Position numbers and translations under genes: made by a program. The notes under the pieces are model-generated. The model did no database searches and was not told the DNA's origin. It saw only the letters and a program-made list of their open reading frames with translations. This document shows positions 58,143-64,000 of a stretch of 64,000 bases of DNA, one piece after another (positions within the stretch are counted from its first letter, which is position 1; every line of letters begins with the position of its first letter). Source of the DNA: Paraglaciecola sp. (GTDB lineage Bacteria > Pseudomonadota > Gammaproteobacteria > Enterobacterales > Alteromonadaceae); assembly GCA_009993955.1 (NCBI GenBank), contig JAACSL010000009.1, forward strand, positions 46,369 through 110,368, written 5' to 3'.

Positions 58143-59429
58143 TTAGGCAAACCCAAACCAGCGAGGTAAGGTCATGGTTAGCACCGGGAAATAGGTGATG
58201 AGCAAGATAACCAAGGCTTCAACGGCTAAAAACGGCAGCATTTCTATGGCAATATTTTCGGTTTTTTCCCCTGACACCGAGGCAGCCACAAATAACACTA
58301 AACCCATGGGTGGTGTAGCCAGCCCAACGGTTAAATTCACACACATAATCACAGCAAAGTGCAAGGGGTCGACCCCCAAGGTAATAAAGATCGGCGCCAA
58401 TACTGGCCCTAAAATCAAAATCGCCGGGCCAGCGTCGAGAAACATGCCAATAGCAAACAAAAATAAGTTGATAATCAACAACAGCAACAAGACATTGTCG
58501 GTGATGCCAACTATCTGCTGGGCCATTAAATCGGCCATGCCCGACACCGTGATGATCCAAGCAAAGGTCACGGCCGAACCGACCAATAATAAAATGGTGC
58601 CAGACTGAATGGCTGAGTTAACCAAGATTACAGGCAAGGAACTTGACTTCAGGGTTTTGGTAAAGAACAGGGTAATGATCAAAGCATAACCCGCTGCCAC
58701 TGCTGCAGCTTCAGTGGGTGTGAACACACCAAGCACAATGCCACCGAGCAAGATTACCGGTGTTAACAGCGGCAGAAAGGAGCCTTTAAGGGCTTGACCA
58801 CGCTCTGTCCACGTTGCTTTAAGGTTAGCCACCGGATAATTGCGTTTTTTCGCAATTCGGCTGGTCACCAGCATCAAACCCACACAAATCAATAAACCCG
58901 GTACTATCCCTGCTAAAAACATACCGGCCACCGATACGTTCATAATAAAGGCATATAAAATCATGATCCCAGAGGGCGGAATAATCGGCCCGATCACCGA
59001 TGAAGCCGCGGTCACCGCTGCGGCAAAACGCCGACTGTAGCCGTTTTGTTCCATGGCCGGGATCAGCATTTTGCCTAAGGCTGAGGTATCGGCTACCGCA
59101 GAGCCTGATAAACCTGCAAATAAGACTGAGGACAAAATATTCACTTGCGCCAAACCACCCCGGTAATGACCGATCAGGGTTTGACTAAAACGCACGATGG
59201 ACTGAGTGATGCCACCTTGATTCATGAGTTCACCCGCGAGGATGAAAAACGGTACCGCCATCAAGGGAAATGAATTCATCCCGGAATACAAACGGGTCAA
59301 TAAGGCAGAGAAAAATACTTCGTTGCCATCAATAAGCAAACTGACACCAGGGCCAATCAGTAAAGCAAAAACCACCGGAGTACCCGCCGTGAGTAACAGT
59401 AAAAACACCCAAAAATAACTTAACGACAT
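58143..59429 (-). CDS. TRAP transporter large permease (DctM family)
   Basis: 428 aa, ~12 TM. LMAVPFFILAGELMNQGGI. Confidence 0.88.
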   Translation of the reverse strand: MSLSYFWVFLLLLTAGTPVVFALLIGPGVSLLIDGNEVFFSALLTRLYSGMNSFPLMAVPFFILAGELMNQGGITQSIVRFSQTLIGHYRGGLAQVNILSSVLFAGLSGSAVADTSALGKMLIPAMEQNGYSRRFAAAVTAASSVIGPIIPPSGIMILYAFIMNVSVAGMFLAGIVPGLLICVGLMLVTSRIAKKRNYPVANLKATWTERGQALKGSFLPLLTPVILLGGIVLGVFTPTEAAAVAAGYALIITLFFTKTLKSSSLPVILVNSAIQSGTILLLVGSAVTFAWIITVSGMADLMAQQIVGITDNVLLLLLIINLFLFAIGMFLDAGPAILILGPVLAPIFITLGVDPLHFAVIMCVNLTVGLATPPMGLVLFVAASVSGEKTENIAIEMLPFLAVEALVILLITYFPVLTMTLPRWFGFA

Positions 59430-59430
59430 G

Positions 59431-60075
59431 TCAGTATTGCTCGCGAATGAGGGGCTGTGACCAGGTGCTCAGTTGCATGAGCAGCTTTTCGATGCCCACC
59501 AGCCAAATTGAGCCAAAGACAAAGGGCGTGCACAAGTAAAAATACGCGAGTTTCACTGGCAGTGAAGACGCATATATTTGCCAACCGCCTTGCACAAATT
59601 CAAGGCTTTGCTTAAAAAACAGGCCACTCACTACCAACAACAATAGGGTGATGAGCAAGTTCGATAATTTATATAGGCTAGGTGGTAGCGCGTCAGCAAA
59701 CATATCAATGGAGACATTAAGATTTTCACGGTAAGCCCAAGGTGCAACCAAACAGGCTATCCACACCATAAAAAACTTGGCCAATTCTTCTGTCCAGCCA
59801 AGAGAATTGTTGAGGCCATACCTGAATATCACTTGAGCAATGATCATCACTAACATCAGTGCGAGGAGCACACCAGCCAGATATTTGGCCAGTAAACTGA
59901 CCGCATAATTGAATTTCGCCAGTCCGTTAAGTAGTGGGGCTAACACGATGCAAAGCCCAGAGTAATGTCGTGCATCAGCGCCAATACTGTGTTTATCAAC
60001 ACTAACACTCACTCCAATAGTGACTGATTTGCACGGTGTTACCCAGTTGTTCGGTGTGTTCGACATCTGGGCCAA
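59431..60075 (-). CDS. TRAP transporter small permease (DctQ family); start uncertain
   Basis: 4 TM. FRYGLNNSLGWTEELAKFFMVWIACL. The ATG at 60075 would overlap the GH31 3' end by 74 nt; an alternative GTG lies at about 59946. Confidence 0.75.
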   Translation of the reverse strand: MAQMSNTPNNWVTPCKSVTIGVSVSVDKHSIGADARHYSGLCIVLAPLLNGLAKFNYAVSLLAKYLAGVLLALMLVMIIAQVIFRYGLNNSLGWTEELAKFFMVWIACLVAPWAYRENLNVSIDMFADALPPSLYKLSNLLITLLLLVVSGLFFKQSLEFVQGGWQIYASSLPVKLAYFYLCTPFVFGSIWLVGIEKLLMQLSTWSQPLIREQY

Positions 60076-62074
60076 TGGCTAAGTCGTGACCTTGTTTCAC
60101 AAAAACGGCCATCTCCTGCCAAGCTAGCTTAAGCTTATGGATACGACCACCGCTAAACACTTGTTTGTCAGCAAAAGCTAACCAGTCGCCCTCTGGTAGG
60201 TAAAACTCAACCTCGCCTCCGGGTTGTACGCAGGGTACCACCAAGAGGCTATCACCAAACATAAACTGCAATTCAAAGCCCCAGCTCAAACGTTCCAATG
60301 GGAAAGCCAAGGCCATGGCTCGCATCACAGGCAAACCCGTTTCACTGGCTTGTTGCATGGTGCGATAAATATAAGGCAGTAGTTTGTAGCGCAGTTTTAA
60401 AGCAATATTCACTGCGGCTTCCGCTTCAGGTCCATAACTCCACGGTTCACGTTGACCGATGCCATGCAAACGCATGTGGGCAGAAAAGACCGCGGTTTGT
60501 GACCAGCGTACAAATAATTCTGGATCCCGCATGTCCTTGTAAAAGCCACCCACATCAGTGGCGAAATAAGGAGAACCTGACATGCCCCAAGACAAAGCGC
60601 CACGTATGCTGCCCACTAAACCACCCCAATCGGCTTGAGGATCACCCCCCCATTGGCTGGGATAACGTTGTGAGCCAATCCACGCAGAGCGACTGAATAA
60701 AAACGGCCCAGATTGACAGTAGGCCTCGGCGGCTTGATAGACACAACGGTTGTATAACAAACTATAAATATTGTGCAGGCGCAAACCAGAGTCACCGTTG
60801 TAGGCAAGCATGTTGTCATCTTCTACCTGCTCACCAAAGTCGGCTTTAATCATATCAATACCCAAGTCAAACAAGGGTTTGTGTGATTCTAGCCAAAACT
60901 GAAACGCATCGGGGTGAGTGAAGTCGACGATGCCCGATTCAGGCAGCGGGGTGAGCACTTCGGCAAAGGCACTCATGTCCCATTGGTAACGATAGGCTTC
61001 GCCAGTACGCTTGTCTTTGAGTAACCAGCCCTTGCGCGCCATCTCTGCAAACAAAGGGTTGGCCACTGAAACCAAGGGATACTCCCAAATACAAATTTTA
61101 AAGTTCAGGGCTTTTAGCTGATTAAGCACCGCGGCAGGGTCGGTATAACGCTTTTTGTCCCACTCAAAAGCAAAACGGGTATCGGTGTCCTGCCATGCTC
61201 GGCCGTCTAAGGTGATCACATCACAAGGCATGTGGTGCTCACGTACCGCTTTGGCCGTAGCCAGTAACTCTGGCACATCGCGATAATAGGCTTTGGAGAG
61301 AATCACCCCCAAACTCCAAAATGGTGGTACAGGGGCTTTACCGGTTAATTGAGTGTAGCCTTCGATAATGGCCTGACCATCTTCACCGCGCAAAATAAAC
61401 ACATCCATGGCGGGATCTTCCACGACCAGACTGTAAGCGCGGTTTGACCACGGCGCATACCCAACCGCATGGGTAACCGGTGCGGGTGTGTGCACAAATG
61501 TTCCCCAGCCTTTGGGACTCCAACAAAATGGCGTATTTTTGTAGGATATTTCTGCGTTGACACCCAAGGCATCATGATTGTAGGAGCGCAGCAGTTGCCC
61601 ACGTTTATTCAAGCCCGCCCATTTTTCCCCGAGACCAAAGACCGGCTCTTCTGGCGCAAGATCAAAACTCAGCAACCACCCTTCTGGTACTTTTGCCAAA
61701 GGTGGTAAACGATACTGGCGAACAAAGTGCCCATCGTTTGGTGTGCGTTGGATAAGTGTGTCGCCACAATGTAAAGTAAAGGCAAATGGACGTTTTTGAC
61801 AGCGTAACCGCCACTCGCCACTATGAATAAGCACAAACTCATCTTGATCGTCTATGCGACAAGGCAATTGTGCAGGTAGGCACTGTAACATGCCGTAATC
61901 ATGAAGATTTTGTTTGCCTATTTGCAGCCGAACAGCAAAATCAAAAAACATGAGACTCAAGCTACCTTCAGTCGTCTCAATACTTACCTCAAGACCACTT
62001 GTAGCCAGGCTGGCTTTGCCAATTAGTTCAAGTTGTTTAACCTTATTCCAATTGGGCGAATTGCAGTCGAGCAT
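60002..62074 (-). CDS. Glycoside hydrolase family 31 (YicI-like alpha-glycosidase)
   Basis: 690 aa. The nucleophile region IKADFGE, WGGD, DVGGF, and long collinear similarity to E. coli YicI as recalled. There is no signal peptide. Confidence 0.85.
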   Translation of the reverse strand: MLDCNSPNWNKVKQLELIGKASLATSGLEVSIETTEGSLSLMFFDFAVRLQIGKQNLHDYGMLQCLPAQLPCRIDDQDEFVLIHSGEWRLRCQKRPFAFTLHCGDTLIQRTPNDGHFVRQYRLPPLAKVPEGWLLSFDLAPEEPVFGLGEKWAGLNKRGQLLRSYNHDALGVNAEISYKNTPFCWSPKGWGTFVHTPAPVTHAVGYAPWSNRAYSLVVEDPAMDVFILRGEDGQAIIEGYTQLTGKAPVPPFWSLGVILSKAYYRDVPELLATAKAVREHHMPCDVITLDGRAWQDTDTRFAFEWDKKRYTDPAAVLNQLKALNFKICIWEYPLVSVANPLFAEMARKGWLLKDKRTGEAYRYQWDMSAFAEVLTPLPESGIVDFTHPDAFQFWLESHKPLFDLGIDMIKADFGEQVEDDNMLAYNGDSGLRLHNIYSLLYNRCVYQAAEAYCQSGPFLFSRSAWIGSQRYPSQWGGDPQADWGGLVGSIRGALSWGMSGSPYFATDVGGFYKDMRDPELFVRWSQTAVFSAHMRLHGIGQREPWSYGPEAEAAVNIALKLRYKLLPYIYRTMQQASETGLPVMRAMALAFPLERLSWGFELQFMFGDSLLVVPCVQPGGEVEFYLPEGDWLAFADKQVFSGGRIHKLKLAWQEMAVFVKQGHDLAIGPDVEHTEQLGNTVQISHYWSEC

Positions 62075-62137
62075 GTCTCATTACCTTCAATATTCTGCTG
62101 GGTTATTTAGATTGCAATGCTCACAAAACGCAGCTAC

Positions 62138-62153
62138 ATTCTTATATAAGACA
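62138..62153. promoter_or_regulatory. Third copy of the operator motif (ATTCTTATATAAGACA; 14/16 match)
   Basis: On the minus strand it reads TGTCTTATATAAGAAT, 1 nt after the TAACTT -10 hexamer. It lies 64 nt upstream of the GH31 ATG and 170 nt upstream of the gntR ATG. Confidence 0.6.
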
Positions 62154-62154
62154 C

Positions 62155-62183
62155 AAGTTATAACAGTGTTAATTTTTTGTCAA
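62155..62183 (-). promoter_or_regulatory. Candidate sigma70 promoter of the GH31-dctQMP operon
   Basis: The minus strand reads TTGACA (62183-78), 17-bp spacer, TAACTT (62160-55), identical to the AKR promoter. Confidence 0.5.
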
Positions 62184-62322
62184 TGCACTTAAAGACCACG
62201 GGATTTTTGCTGGAAACGATAGATCGTTAGCCATAACAAAAAAAGAGTTATTGTATAAGACTGCAGGAATAACTATGCTGCAAGGCTTATTTTTACAGGC
62301 AGGCAATGTAGCAGTTTGAACT

Positions 62323-63072
62323 ATGAAAGAAATTCGCTTCGATAATAAGCTCAGTAGCACTGGACCGGTATTCAAACCACTTTACAAACAAGTGGAAGAA
62401 CACATTAAACAACTCATTGTCGAGCAGCGCTGGAAACCGGGTGATATGTTACCAAACGAATTTCAGTTGGCGGCAGAGCTGAATGTAAGCCAAGGCACCA
62501 TGCGTAAAGCCCTAAATAGCCTGACCGATACAAAAGTATTAACCCGAAAACAAGGGGTGGGCACCTTCGTTTCTGAGCACACCGCGCAAAATGGATTATT
62601 TCGATTTTTCCCCATCATCGCTGATGGCAACAATCCTGAACTACCCAAAGCGGAACTGCTGTCCATTGATTCACAAGTACCCGATAAACTGGTTGCCAAC
62701 GCCCTGGAGCTGAGTAACAAAGACAAGGTGATTGTGATGCGCCGCAGACGCATATTAAATGATGAATACTGCATTGCCGAGACAATATACCTGCCCTATG
62801 TGTATTTCAAAAACATCCTTGAGATCACGGACATTCCTCACACCTTGTATCACTTTTATCAAACCCACTTTAACCTGACTGTGCACAGCACCCAAGATGC
62901 GATAAAAGCTGATTTGGCCGATGAGTTAGATGCGCAGCTGATGAACATTGCCGTAGGCGAGCCGATTTTATCCGTGCAACGCACCGTTCATTCTTTGAAT
63001 GGAAAGGCTATGGAGTTTCGCATTAGCCGTTGTAGAAGTGACAAATATCACTATTTGGTGAAGCTCAATTAA
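62323..63072 (+). CDS. GntR family transcriptional regulator, HutC subfamily (UTRA effector domain)
   Basis: 249 aa. PLYKQVEEHIKQLI...W.PGDMLPNEFQLAAELNVSQGTMRKALNSL...VLTRKQGVGTFV, and a C-terminal UTRA-length domain. Confidence 0.88.
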   Translation: MKEIRFDNKLSSTGPVFKPLYKQVEEHIKQLIVEQRWKPGDMLPNEFQLAAELNVSQGTMRKALNSLTDTKVLTRKQGVGTFVSEHTAQNGLFRFFPIIADGNNPELPKAELLSIDSQVPDKLVANALELSNKDKVIVMRRRRILNDEYCIAETIYLPYVYFKNILEITDIPHTLYHFYQTHFNLTVHSTQDAIKADLADELDAQLMNIAVGEPILSVQRTVHSLNGKAMEFRISRCRSDKYHYLVKLN

Positions 63073-63161
63073 AAACCTAATGGCAAACAAGGGTAGCGTA
63101 GAGCAAAACTCGACATCGCCAACTCGATGTAGACTGCTCAATTAAGCCAGCCCAGTCACCC

Positions 63162-64000
63162 TCATTTAAACCAGTCTTGCTGCAGAAACTCGTCAATAAA
63201 CCAGGTCATGGCTTTACCACTTTTGCCCTTTTCGCTGGCCAAGTAGATGGGTAAGGCAGTCCTCGGAAAGGCGCAGCTTTTTGCCACCAACTCACCACTA
63301 GCAAGTTGCGCTTTAATTAAGTGCAAGGGCAAAAAACCCACTCCTAAGCCTTGGATCTGCGCTTGAATTTTGCTCTGCATGGATGACACTCGAATTTGCT
63401 GTTTGCTGGAAAACAAACCACTGGAACGAGTGGGCAAGGTACGCGAGCTATCTGCCACAACTATGGTGGGATAACCGTTAATGTGTTGGCTTTCAATCAG
63501 CCCCACAAAATCAGCCAAAGGATGGGTGGCGGCTACCGCAAACACAAACTCAAGTTGCCCTAACAGATGCACAGTAAACTGTCCTTTGGGTAGTTCTCCC
63601 GTCACCCCTAGAGCGATATCAGCACGATGACTATGTAGGGCGTCCCAACCACCACCGAGTACTTCTTCCATCACCGTAATTTCTACGTGTTTGTTGAGCT
63701 GGCAAAATCGCTGGATCACCTCAAATACCCCTTGGTCAGGTATTACCGTATCTTTGGCTATGGTCAGGCTTGCTTCCCAACCCGACTCAAGTTGTTGGAC
63801 TTTGTCTTGCAATTGGTCTGAGGCATTGAGCAGAACAAGTCCTTCTTCTAACAGCAGTTTGCCCGCTGGTGTCAGTACCGCACGTTTTGCACTGCGGTCA
63901 AATATGACGATACCCAGATCACTTTCTAATTTCTGCACGGTGTACGTGAGGGCTGACGGCACCTTATGCAAGGCAGTGGCAGCAGCGGCAAAACTGCCTT
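63162..64000 (-). CDS. LysR family transcriptional regulator; the N-terminus runs off the window
   Basis: The frame stays open to base 64000 (GSFAAAATALHKVPSALTYTVQKLE is the LysR HTH). A C-terminal substrate-binding domain follows. Confidence 0.85.
   Translation of the reverse strand, partial: GSFAAAATALHKVPSALTYTVQKLESDLGIVIFDRSAKRAVLTPAGKLLLEEGLVLLNASDQLQDKVQQLESGWEASLTIAKDTVIPDQGVFEVIQRFCQLNKHVEITVMEEVLGGGWDALHSHRADIALGVTGELPKGQFTVHLLGQLEFVFAVAATHPLADFVGLIESQHINGYPTIVVADSSRTLPTRSSGLFSSKQQIRVSSMQSKIQAQIQGLGVGFLPLHLIKAQLASGELVAKSCAFPRTALPIYLASEKGKSGKAMTWFIDEFLQQDWFK

Noticed and set aside
1-64000. A search for CRISPR arrays, tRNA/rRNA genes, IS elements, integrases, toxin-antitoxin pairs or recognisable phage-defence genes.
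   Set aside because: I saw no regularly spaced repeats, transposase, integrase or recombinase-like ORFs, or nuclease/ATPase defence-type genes. The window appears to be core chromosome, apart from the catabolic locus at 51-63 kb.

Overview
The window is a chromosomal segment of a gammaproteobacterium. Core gene order is fadR-nhaB-dsbB, rnd-ycgL-mltB-ycgM-ycgN, fadD, tsaB-yoaA and yeiP. This looks Alteromonadales- or Vibrionales-like, but that taxonomic guess comes only from protein look and feel. I found no rRNA, tRNA, CRISPR array, transposase or integrase, so the window is mostly housekeeping. It carries a complete histidine operon with a leader peptide and attenuator, a folM/folE pair, a NarL-type two-component system, two phasins, a LuxR solo, and an fdhD-ydeP operon.

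The most system-like part is 51.0-63.1 kb. On the + strand sit an aldo/keto reductase, a TauD-family Fe/2OG dioxygenase and a YeiH (putative sulfate exporter family) membrane protein. On the - strand sit a TonB-dependent receptor and a GH31 glycosidase-TRAP (dctQMP) operon, followed by a GntR/HutC regulator on the + strand. All three promoter regions carry the same palindrome, TGTCTTATATAAGACA. At two of them it lies exactly 1 nt downstream of an identical TTGACA-17 bp-TAACTT promoter. The gene content resembles oxygenolytic sulfoquinovose catabolism, but the GH31 enzyme does not show the canonical sulfonate-binding residues by eye. I therefore flag it as a candidate variant or new anionic-glycoside utilisation regulon.

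Other second-look items:
- a class IV aminotransferase gene inserted between hisA and hisF
- an unusually short his leader with three His codons
- a poly-A frameshift in a solute-binding protein gene
- several intergenic tandem repeats

All calls rest on reading the supplied ORF translations and the DNA by eye. No searches or folding programs were run. Hairpin and motif coordinates may be off by 1-2 nt.
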